Shown piece after piece: positions 52,926-61,700 of a stretch of DNA of 64,000 nt (its first letter is position 1; every line of letters starts with the position of its first letter). Under the pieces are notes generated by a model. The model did no database searches and was not told the DNA's origin. It saw only the letters and a list, made by a program, of their open reading frames with translations. The DNA comes from Promethearchaeota archaeon (lineage in GTDB: Archaea > Asgardarchaeota > Lokiarchaeia > Sigyniarchaeales > SOKP01): positions 784,785 to 848,784 of the forward strand of contig JBHLNF010000001.1 in NCBI GenBank assembly GCA_048937405.1, in the 5' to 3' direction. The translations under genes were made by a program, and so were the position numbers.

Positions 52926-53567
52926 ATGGCTATTAATTTAGGAGAAAATCCATGGATTTTAATAAGTTTAATATTTTTGGAATTTTTGTTAATTATTATA
53001 CCCGCTTTAGTATCCAGTAAATTGGAAAAAAGACCATTTCAAGATATAATAAAAGAAATGGGTTTTCAAAAAGATAATGACCTGCTTATAAAAATTATAT
53101 CAGGAATATCTCTTGGAATAATTTTTTTCTTTCTTGGTACTTATATCATAATATTTTTTAGAGATTTTATTGTTAAGAATCTATTTGGTTCCGATTTTGT
53201 TAAAACTGGTAAAGAAGGCACTATTAGCACAGGACCAATGCAACCTAATACTACTCAACTAGTAATACTTATAATCTTAAATTTGATTATTACGGGACCT
53301 TGTGAAGAAGCTTTTTTTAGAGGATTTCTTATTAAAAAGTTTGAAATCAAATTTAAAATGAGTTACAGTACTTTCTTTTCATCGATTATTTTTACTCTTT
53401 ATCATATTCCTCCATTTTTGGTGCCTATAACTACAATAGTTACATATTTTGGATATTATTTTGCATTTGGGGTGCTACTTTCACTTGTATTTGTCTATTT
53501 CAAATATTCTTTAATTCCTTGTTCAATAGCTCATTCTTGTTTCAATATTCTGATTTTATTAATATAA
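52926..53567 (+). CDS. CPBP/Abi-family intramembrane metalloprotease
   Basis: EEAFFRG, FTLYH, IAHSCFN all intact. Confidence 0.92.
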   Translation: MAINLGENPWILISLIFLEFLLIIIPALVSSKLEKRPFQDIIKEMGFQKDNDLLIKIISGISLGIIFFFLGTYIIIFFRDFIVKNLFGSDFVKTGKEGTISTGPMQPNTTQLVILIILNLIITGPCEEAFFRGFLIKKFEIKFKMSYSTFFSSIIFTLYHIPPFLVPITTIVTYFGYYFAFGVLLSLVFVYFKYSLIPCSIAHSCFNILILLI

Positions 53568-53691
53568 TTAAGTTTTATTTTGAAAATGGTAATTTTAATA
53601 TACATAAAAATAAATTAATATTGGAGATATTAATATTATAAAAATATGCAAGGTCTTTCCAAAATTAAATTAATAAATTTTTGAAAAAAAA

Positions 53692-54216
53692 ATGACAAAT
53701 TACGACTATACATTTAAAATAATGATGCTAGGTGACGCATCAGTAGGTAAAACATCGCTTACTATGAGATATATTTCTGGATATTTCATGGAAGACCTCA
53801 AATTAACTATCGGAGTAGATTTTTATAGTAAGACAACCTCATTTAATGATAAAAAAGTCAAATTGCAGATTTGGGATTTTGGAGGAGAAGAACGATTTCG
53901 GTTTTTACTTTCTCAATATAGTAAAGGTGCAAATGGGGCATTTTTTTTGTATGATATTACTAATCAAACATCTTTAGATCATCTACCAGATTGGACTCAA
54001 GTAATTAGAGAACATGCAGGGGAAATTCCTATAATGTTAATTGGTTCGAAGGTTGATTTACATGAATTCCGTTCTGTATCTCGTGATGACGGAATATTAG
54101 CAGCAAAGAAATACAATCTTTCTTCTTTTGTGGAATTATCTTCTAAAACAGGAGAGAACGTCGAGAAAGCTTTTAATGTAATGACAGAAATTCTTTTTGA
54201 AAAGTATGAACATTAG
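53692..54216 (+). CDS. Rab-like small GTPase
   Basis: YDYTFKIMMLGDASVGKTS, TIGVDF, LQIWDFGGEERFR, YDIT, SSKTGENV. Confidence 0.95.
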   Translation: MTNYDYTFKIMMLGDASVGKTSLTMRYISGYFMEDLKLTIGVDFYSKTTSFNDKKVKLQIWDFGGEERFRFLLSQYSKGANGAFFLYDITNQTSLDHLPDWTQVIREHAGEIPIMLIGSKVDLHEFRSVSRDDGILAAKKYNLSSFVELSSKTGENVEKAFNVMTEILFEKYEH

Positions 54217-54336
54217 TTTTTAATAAAATTGATTATCTCTTTTATTACTACTAATTTTTGAAAATAATAATACTTTTAAAATTATCATATCTAATTCTTA
54301 ATTAAATTTTATAAATGCAATATTTAAGTGGAAATT

Positions 54337-54870
54337 TTGACTGAAATAAACAAAGAAGAACCACCAAGACCTGAAGGACTAAAATTACATTCTAAAGCAC
54401 CTCAAATAGATACAACAGATATATATGACAATCCTGTTAAACTAGATAAGCTGTTATTGTCCTATAATGGTGTTTTAATTGATTTTTTTCGAGGAAATTG
54501 GTGAAGTCACTGTAAAATGCATTTAAAACTCTTAACTGAACATATCTCTGAATTTAATGATAAAAAAATTAAATTACTTTCAATTGCTAGCGATAGTGTC
54601 AGACTTTTAAGGAAATTTAAAGAAGAAAATGAGTTTGTGATTGATATGATTTCTGATAGAGGAGCTAAAATTGCTAAACAATATGATGTTTACTGGTTTG
54701 CTCCTGGAGGAGGAAAAGATTATAAAATAAAACAAGCGGTGCCTAGTAAATTTCTTATAAATAATAACGGTGAAATTATCTGGAAATATATCGGAAAAGA
54801 TAAAACTGATAGACCTTCGATTGATATGATGATGAGTATAATTGATAAATTTATTACAAATCCCAAATAA
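54337..54870 (+). CDS. Selenocysteine-containing peroxiredoxin-like (AhpC/TSA, thioredoxin-fold) protein
   Basis: The frame is open from TTG 54337 (or GTG 54328): ...KAPQIDTTDIYDNPVKL...LIDFFRGNW-TGA(54502)-SHC-KMHL... This gives a UxxC motif in frame with the ORF-track 54517..54870 fragment. Confidence 0.92.
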
Positions 54871-54872
54871 GT

Positions 54873-54908
54873 ATGAGTTGACCGTAAAAAAAAGAGACGT
54901 TCAATGAC
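54873..54908 (+). promoter_or_regulatory. Eukaryote-type SECIS element (3' UTR)
   Basis: ATGA-GTTGACCGT-AAAAAAAAGAG-ACGTTCAAT-GAC: AUGA/GA core, 9-bp stem with one mismatch, A-rich apical loop, 2 nt after the stop codon. Confidence 0.88.
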
Positions 54909-55054
54909 AACCTTGCAAGGGTTTTGGGATTATTCTTTCTTTTTTTAAGCAATTTCTAAATAAATAATGTTAAATGTGAGCTTAATGATATATGAATTAA
55001 TCTTTTTTCATTTGATTTATAAAAAACAATGGTAAAATTGTAAATAACAGAATT

Positions 55055-55246
55055 TCATCTATTTTTTATTGCTCTGTTTTTAATTGGAGATCTAGATTTA
55101 TATAACTTACAATCTAGTGCAACACATTTATCAGAAATCCTCTCGATATGAAGACATTCTCCCATAGAATAATAGAAACATTTCTTATTGTCTTTAATTG
55201 ACTTTTTAAAATTAATTTGCTCAGATGAAAAATTATCTCTCCTCAC
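55055..55246 (-). CDS. Small Cys-rich hypothetical protein
   Basis: C-x6-C-x8-C-x4-C pattern (KCFYYSMGECLH...KCVALDCKLY). Confidence 0.6.
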   Translation of the reverse strand: MRRDNFSSEQINFKKSIKDNKKCFYYSMGECLHIERISDKCVALDCKLYKSRSPIKNRAIKNR

Positions 55247-55443
55247 ATTTTTCTGTTGAGATTTTCTAATATAATTTCTCTACAATTAATATTGGTAAAT
55301 AGTAATAATTTTAATATAACTTACTAAATTTTCATCGTAGTAAATTTATATGAATTATAACTCAACCAACTGAAGATATAAGAACTATATCAATCAATTA
55401 TTAATAGGATTTCGTCCTAGTACATGTCCTAAATAAATAATCA

Positions 55444-55623
55444 TTAATTAAAACGTATGTATCTGATATATTGCTTAATTAATGAATTATACCGAAATCC
55501 AGATTCATATTTAAATCCACATTTAGAACAATAGTACTGAATGCACTCTTTATTATCTTCTTTAAAAAGAACATCATCTTTCATAAGATGCCCACATTTA
55601 TCACAATATATACTTTTTAACAT
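55444..55623 (-). CDS. Small zinc-ribbon protein (59 aa)
   Basis: Not in the ORF track. MLKSIYCDKCGHLMKDDVLFKEDNKECIQYYCSKCGFKYESGFRYNSLIKQYIRYIRFN, with two CxxCG knuckles. Confidence 0.78.
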   Translation of the reverse strand: MLKSIYCDKCGHLMKDDVLFKEDNKECIQYYCSKCGFKYESGFRYNSLIKQYIRYIRFN

Positions 55624-55832
55624 AATTTATAATTAGTTTTAGAAACATATTTAAAATCCACAAGTAAGGAGATTTAGTAATAATTCTATAGCATCTAGAG
55701 AGGGATTAATAATAAGCTTTTTGTACACAAAAAGAACTTGTTTTGTATCAAAATCACATAATAATTTTTTTTGTTATCTATTTATATACAAAAAGTTACT
55801 TCTACTCATTCAGGAATGGTGAAAATAAAAAA

Positions 55833-56387
55833 ATGACATTAAATGCTTTCTTAGAATTAGATAATCAGCAGAGTAAAAAGGACTTCAGTTTTAAAAGTAT
55901 ATATGATTTTTCTCCACCCCCTTTTATTGGGTGTATCTTATCAGATAAAGAAGGAAAAACAATTGCATTATTTGAGAGTCATAAGGGAGCTTTAGAATTT
56001 TATCTTAAAAACAATATGAAAGATCCATCAAAAAGTGAATGTTTTAATATTGAACTCATTCCTATGTTTATAAGTGCCTTAGAAAGATTTTCAGAAGAAA
56101 TTAATATTCAAGATGTGCCCTGTATTAATCTTAAAGGAATTAATATCAAATTACATTCTATTTTTGATTTAGATAATTTTATTGTTATATTCTTCCTAAA
56201 TCCATACGTTCATATTAAATCGTTTGAAAATTTAATACATAATTATTTTATAAATCTTTATGATGATTATAGATGTGAATTTAATGATATCAAGAAATTA
56301 AGCTCATTAAATTTCATAAATAGCCTAGAAAATCTTGGAATGGAATGGATAAAGCATTTAAACAATCTATTTTTAGAAAGAATATAA
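55833..56387 (+). CDS. Hypothetical protein, possible longin/roadblock-like fold
   Basis: FIGCILSDKEGKTI...LIPMFISALERFSEEI pattern; likely ATG at 55833 rather than TTG 55743. Confidence 0.6.
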   Translation: MTLNAFLELDNQQSKKDFSFKSIYDFSPPPFIGCILSDKEGKTIALFESHKGALEFYLKNNMKDPSKSECFNIELIPMFISALERFSEEINIQDVPCINLKGINIKLHSIFDLDNFIVIFFLNPYVHIKSFENLIHNYFINLYDDYRCEFNDIKKLSSLNFINSLENLGMEWIKHLNNLFLERI

Positions 56388-56700
56388 AAATTTAATAAAT
56401 TATATACTGAAAAATATATCTCTATTCATCTTAGAGTCAATGCTAATTCAATATAAAGGATTATTAAATTGACCCTAAAGTCTTAATATGGTTAGAAACG
56501 ATTCTGTCTCAACCAATTTCTTTAAATCTTTCTATGAAGCCATATATTAGTTATATTGGGAATAGGAACTCTTTGAATAAATATCGTTATACTAATACGA
56601 ATAATTGATAAAAATATAAATTTTTATAATAAAGATTTTATTAGTAGATTGAGAATTTTCTAAAATTTTATGATTAATCTTTGTCTGGAGAAAAACCAAT

Positions 56701-57255
56701 TTGAGACAAGTAAAAGGAACGATGCTTTTAATGATTATAAAGTCAATTAAAGCAAATTATATTAAAATTGGTGAATATAATGGGATCCTTTCAGACAAAG
56801 CAAAAGAATTCCTTACACATAGAATTTTGAGTACGTCTTGGTATCCATTTGAAGTATATCGAGAACTTTATGATGCTTTATGTCTTATTGAAGCCCGAAA
56901 TGATCCAAAAATCTTAGAGCAATGGGGTATAATTGAATCAAAACGTATGTTTTCAACAACTTATCAGTCTATTGCTGTTAAAGAAGATCTTCAAATGGCT
57001 ATTGAAGGATACACACGTTTTCAAAGAAGGATTTTTAATTTTGGTGATATTATTTTCGAATTCATTTCTGATAACGAAGTAATGTTTTCATATAAAGACA
57101 TGCCTCTTGATTGGGAAAATTTCTATTACACAGCAGTGGGATATTTGAAAGGATTTTTGGAATTATGTGTTGATAAAAAGGTTGATTCGTCCTTTTTAAA
57201 AAAATCTTGGAAAGGGGAAAGTTCGACTGAAATCAAAATTTCATGGTCTCTTTAA
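56701..57255 (+). CDS. H-NOX/V4R-fold-like protein, array copy 1 (His108 to Gln)
   Basis: 184 aa; VKG, RIL..SWYP, NFG, KSW motifs shared with six neighbours. Confidence 0.8.
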   Translation: MRQVKGTMLLMIIKSIKANYIKIGEYNGILSDKAKEFLTHRILSTSWYPFEVYRELYDALCLIEARNDPKILEQWGIIESKRMFSTTYQSIAVKEDLQMAIEGYTRFQRRIFNFGDIIFEFISDNEVMFSYKDMPLDWENFYYTAVGYLKGFLELCVDKKVDSSFLKKSWKGESSTEIKISWSL

Positions 57256-57509
57256 ATAATTTAGAATTCCTAAAGTTAAAACTAAATTTGTTATTACCCT
57301 TTAAATTGAGATAATCTTGGAGAGATACTTTGTACAATTCTAAAAAATTAATCTGTCATTAGATTTACAAAAAGGTTCATAATAATCAAAAAAAATAAAA
57401 TGAACTTCATTTCGTAAAAAAACTTTATATAAATGAATTTACAATATAATTTTGTAAAACTCTTCATAAAAAATAATAAATTTTAAATATTAATATAAAG
57501 GGGATTTAT

Positions 57510-58064
57510 TTGAAACAAGTAAAAGGATCAATGGCGGTAACGATTATAAAGAATATTAAAACAAGTCCTAAAGGATTGGGACCATATAACCAGATTCTTT
57601 CAGATAAAGCAAAAGAGTTACTTAATCGAAGGATTCTTGCTGGATCATGGTATCCTTATGATGCATATAGAGAATGTTTTGATGCTTTATGTTTAATTGA
57701 AGCAAAAAATAATCCAAAGACCTTAACAGAATGGGGTTTAAATGAGTCTAAAGTTTGGCTTTCAACTGTTTACCAATCTACTATTGATAAAGGAAACCTT
57801 CAAGCGCTTACTACACAATATACACGTTTTCATAGATTGGTTTTTAATTTTGGAGAAATCATAGCAAAATTTCTCTCTGATACAGAAATAGAATTTACAT
57901 ATGTAGATCTTCCTCGTGATTGGTCAAATTATTATTACATAGCACTGGGGTGGATAATTTCATTTGTCGAGGCTACTGTTAACAAAAAAGTCGATTATGT
58001 CTTTCTTAATAAATCATGGGAAAGAGGAGGCTGGACTAAACTCAAGTTTTCATGGTCTCCTTGA
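57510..58064 (+). CDS. H-NOX/V4R-fold-like protein, array copy 2
   Basis: 184 aa paralogue; RFH, YVDLPR. Confidence 0.8.
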   Translation: MKQVKGSMAVTIIKNIKTSPKGLGPYNQILSDKAKELLNRRILAGSWYPYDAYRECFDALCLIEAKNNPKTLTEWGLNESKVWLSTVYQSTIDKGNLQALTTQYTRFHRLVFNFGEIIAKFLSDTEIEFTYVDLPRDWSNYYYIALGWIISFVEATVNKKVDYVFLNKSWERGGWTKLKFSWSP

Positions 58065-58416
58065 AAAGTATATGAACCTATACATTAGAAATGAAGGCTC
58101 AAATCGGATAAGAACAAATATACCTTTAAAGAATTCTCAAAATTATTTTATTATTCTAAAAACATTTTTATTAAGTAGATTTCTAAAAAAGTTTATGAAT
58201 ATATTCTGTTAAAAAAGCACGAAATTTCTGCATAAATAAAGGTTTATATAATTAGACTTAAACTATGATTTTAGAAAACTCTTTAAAATTTCTATAATGT
58301 CTAAGTTAAATTGGATAATCTTAAGAAAGTATAAATTATGTCAACTAGCTTAGATTATTTTAGATAATTTTAGATTAGTTAAACTATATTTAGTTAGGAA
58401 AAATAAGGGGATTTAT

Positions 58417-58971
58417 GTGAAAAAAGTAAAAGGATCGTTAATAATAACGATTGTAAAATCAATTAAAACAAGCCCTAAAGGATGGGTTGAATATGACAGA
58501 ATACTTTCAAACCAAGCAAAAGAATTTCTTAAAAAAAGAATTCTGACAGGATCATGGTATCCTTTGGAAGACTATAGAGAATGTTTTGACTCAGTATGTT
58601 TTGTTGAAGCACGAAATAATCAGAAAATCATTCTCGAATGGTCTATAAGGGAAGCAAATCGTTGGCTTACAACACTTTATCAGGCTATTGTTCTTAAGGG
58701 AGACCTTGAAATGGCTATAGAGAAATACCAACGTTTACACAGGAGATTTTTTAATTTCGGTGAAATTATAACAAATTTCATCTCTGATAATAAGATAGAG
58801 TTAATTTACATAGATATTCCTCGTGATTGGGAAAATTGGTATCAGTCAGCAGTAGGATGGGCAATGGCATTTATTAAATTATGTATTGACAAAGAAATTG
58901 ATTATACATTCTTAAATAAATCATGGGTGAATGGTGGTTGGACTACAATCAAGTTTTCATGGTCTCCTTGA
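58417..58971 (+). CDS. H-NOX/V4R-fold-like protein, array copy 3
   Basis: 184 aa paralogue; RLH, YIDIPR. Confidence 0.8.
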   Translation: MKKVKGSLIITIVKSIKTSPKGWVEYDRILSNQAKEFLKKRILTGSWYPLEDYRECFDSVCFVEARNNQKIILEWSIREANRWLTTLYQAIVLKGDLEMAIEKYQRLHRRFFNFGEIITNFISDNKIELIYIDIPRDWENWYQSAVGWAMAFIKLCIDKEIDYTFLNKSWVNGGWTTIKFSWSP

Positions 58972-59113
58972 AAATGCTCTGAATACATAAATTAAAATTA
59001 AAGGTTTCAATCATTAAATAACATGCTTTTCTTTAAGAGATGTTTTAAATCGTTTTACTAATTTCTAACAATTTTAATTAATTTTAATTGAGAAAAAAGC
59101 CGTGAAATTATTA

Positions 59114-59190
59114 TGTTAAAATGACACGAAATAAATGTATATATATAAATTTTTATAGTCAAATAAATACTATATTTCTGAAAAACTCTC
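59114..59190 (+). promoter_or_regulatory. Conserved upstream module of array genes (example: copy 4)
   Basis: TGTTAAAA-N-CACGAAA, then TTTTATA ~26 nt after CACGAA, then GAAAAACTC ~29 nt later. Also present at 58207, 60722 and 61551, and as a variant at 56586. Confidence 0.75.
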
Positions 59191-59323
59191 TAAAATTACT
59201 TAATTCTCTAAGTAAAATTAGATAATTCTATATAAGAATATATTTGAAAACAATAACTTAGACTATTTTAGGTTTTTCAGATTAGTTAAAATAAGTTTAA
59301 ATAGGAAAAATGTGGGGATTTGA

Positions 59324-59878
59324 ATGAACAAAGTAAAAGGAACGATGCTCTTAATGATTGTAAAATCAATTAAAGCAGATCGGTCTAAAAAAGGTAAATA
59401 CGATCAGTTACTTTCAGAGAAAGGAAAAGAATTTCTTCAACAAAGAATTCTGTCAGCATCATGGTATCCTATGGGATATTATAGAGAATGCTTTGATGCT
59501 TTATGTTTAGTTGAAGCAAAAAATGATCCAAAAACCTTAATTAAATGGGGCTATTTGGAAGGAAAACGTTGGCTAACAACGATTTACAAATCTACTGTTT
59601 TCAAAGGAGATTTGCACCAGGCTATTGAAAAATATACTCGCTTTCACGATATGTTATTTAATTTTGGTAAAATTGTACCAAGTTTCAACTCGGGTACAGA
59701 GCTAGAAGTAACATATATGGATATTCCTCGTGATTGGAAAAATTGGTATTATACGGCATTAGGATGGGCAATGGTGTTTATAGAATTATGTATTGACAAA
59801 AAAGCCGACTATACATTCTTAAATAAATCATGGGTGAATGGAGGTTGGACTAAAATCAAATTTTCATGGACCTATTAA
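59324..59878 (+). CDS. H-NOX/V4R-fold-like protein, array copy 4
   Basis: 184 aa paralogue; RFH, YMDIPR. Confidence 0.8.
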   Translation: MNKVKGTMLLMIVKSIKADRSKKGKYDQLLSEKGKEFLQQRILSASWYPMGYYRECFDALCLVEAKNDPKTLIKWGYLEGKRWLTTIYKSTVFKGDLHQAIEKYTRFHDMLFNFGKIVPSFNSGTELEVTYMDIPRDWKNWYYTALGWAMVFIELCIDKKADYTFLNKSWVNGGWTKIKFSWTY

Positions 59879-60029
59879 AAAATTTGGAAATTTATCAGAA
59901 AATGAAAAAGATCTGAAAAAAATAGAGATTTTAAAATTAGTATGCTTATTAGACCATTTTGAAGGATTATCTATAAATCTTTATTAGGTTATAATTCTTT
60001 ATATTAATTTGGTAAGGTGGGATATTTAT

Positions 60030-60584
60030 ATGAAACAAGTAAAAGGAACTTTATTATTAACAATTGTAAAGATACTTAAAGCAAGAAATCGAACTAGTGG
60101 TTATTATAATAGTGCTCTTTCAGATAATGCAAAAACATTTCTTGAGCGAAGAATACTTACAGGATCATGGTATCCTTTAGAATATTATAGAGAATTATTT
60201 GATACTTTATGTTCTGTTGACGCAAAAAATGATCCAAAAACTTTAATCGAATGGGGTTTGGAAGAAGGAAAGCAATGGTTTACAACAATTTACCAGTCCG
60301 CTATTGTTGAGGGGGATCTTGAATCGGCTATTGAGAGATATAAACGTTTTCATAAAAAAGTTTTTAATTTTGGTGAAGTTAAAGTAGAAGCCATCTCTGA
60401 TACGGAATTAGAATTTACTTATGTAGATATGCCTCAAGATTGGAAAAATTATTATTACACATCATTAGGATACGCATTAGTATTTATTGAACTATGTGTT
60501 GGAAAAAAACCTGAATATTTCTTTCAAAATAAATCATGGGAAAGGGGAGGTTGGACTAAAACGAGGTTTTCTTGGGTTCCTTAA
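60030..60584 (+). CDS. H-NOX/V4R-fold-like protein, array copy 5
   Basis: 184 aa from ATG 60030 (start corrected by alignment to paralogues); RFH, YVDMPQ. Confidence 0.8.
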   Translation: MKQVKGTLLLTIVKILKARNRTSGYYNSALSDNAKTFLERRILTGSWYPLEYYRELFDTLCSVDAKNDPKTLIEWGLEEGKQWFTTIYQSAIVEGDLESAIERYKRFHKKVFNFGEVKVEAISDTELEFTYVDMPQDWKNYYYTSLGYALVFIELCVGKKPEYFFQNKSWERGGWTKTRFSWVP

Positions 60585-60858
60585 GAAATCTCTAAATTCA
60601 CAGGTTGGAATTGAAACTTTCAATTTGCATAAAAATAAGGTTATCTCGATATAAATTCTTTAAATCATTCTAAATCAATCTCCACTTCAGATAATCTCCA
60701 AAAGAGATTATGATTATTTTCTATTAAAATCACACGAAATTTTGGTTTATATGAAACTTTTTATAATCCATCTTATATTATAATTTTGAAAAACTCTCTA
60801 AACACTCTTCGTTAGGTTAAGTTTGTTTAGATTAATTAAAAATAAGAAGGATATTTAT

Positions 60859-61413
60859 TTGAAACAAGTAAAAGGAACAGTATTGATAACGATTGTGAAG
60901 TCAATAAAGGTAAACCATAATAAAAGAGCGGAATATGATAGAATACTTTCAGACAGAGCAAAAGAATTTCTTAAAAAAAGAATTTTAAATGCATCGTGGT
61001 ATCCTTTTGATATATTACGGGAACTTTTAGACGCTATGTGTTTAGTTGAAGGAGGAAATGACCCAAAAATCTTAGTTGAATGGGGACGTATTGATGGAAA
61101 ACGTTGGTTTACAACAGTTTATCAGGCTATTATTCTTAAGGGAGATCTTGAACTGGCTATAGAGAAATACCAGCGTTTTCACAGAAAGGTTTATAATTTT
61201 GGTGAGGTTATAGTTAAATTTATTTCTGATACAGAATTAGAATTTACTTATGTAGATCTGCCTCGCGATTGGGAAAATTATTATCACATAACAGCAGGAT
61301 GGGCAAAATCATTTGTAGAATTATGTCTTGGTAAAGAAGCTGATTATATGTTCATAAATAAGTCCTGGAAGGGAGAAGGTTGGACTAAAACAAGAATTTA
61401 TTGGGGTCCTTAA
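60859..61413 (+). CDS. H-NOX/V4R-fold-like protein, array copy 6
   Basis: 184 aa from TTG 60859 (start corrected by alignment); RFH, YVDLPR. Confidence 0.8.
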   Translation: MKQVKGTVLITIVKSIKVNHNKRAEYDRILSDRAKEFLKKRILNASWYPFDILRELLDAMCLVEGGNDPKILVEWGRIDGKRWFTTVYQAIILKGDLELAIEKYQRFHRKVYNFGEVIVKFISDTELEFTYVDLPRDWENYYHITAGWAKSFVELCLGKEADYMFINKSWKGEGWTKTRIYWGP

Positions 61414-61700
61414 ATAATTTACAATAAGATTATTTCAAACTAAATATTCTTATTAGTTATAAAAAAAATGTATTTTAAGGAGTTTTTTTAAATCCACTTA
61501 AAAGCAATTATCATTTCATCTGGTTAGTAGAATATTTTATAGATTTTTTATGTTAAATTAACACGAACTTACGAGTTTAAAAATAAATTTTTATAAATAG
61601 GTTTATACTATCATTTTGAAAACTCATCTAAACTTTTTTTTAAAATAAGTTAGTTTAGGTTAATTTAATTATTATTATTTAATTAGGACAGGGGATTTGT

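Noticed and set aside
54502-54504. TGA as a nonsense mutation (pseudogene) or a genome-wide code change
   Set aside because: It sits exactly at the redox Cys position and a SECIS is present. TGA is used as a normal stop elsewhere in the window.
56470-56575. Slightly GC-richer stretch with a weak hairpin (GGTTAGA...TCTCAACC) upstream of the array
   Set aside because: No convincing ORF, SECIS core or ncRNA signature
57964-58212. 82-aa ORF overlapping array copy 2
   Set aside because: Alternative frame running into the intergenic region; not preserved in the other repeat units
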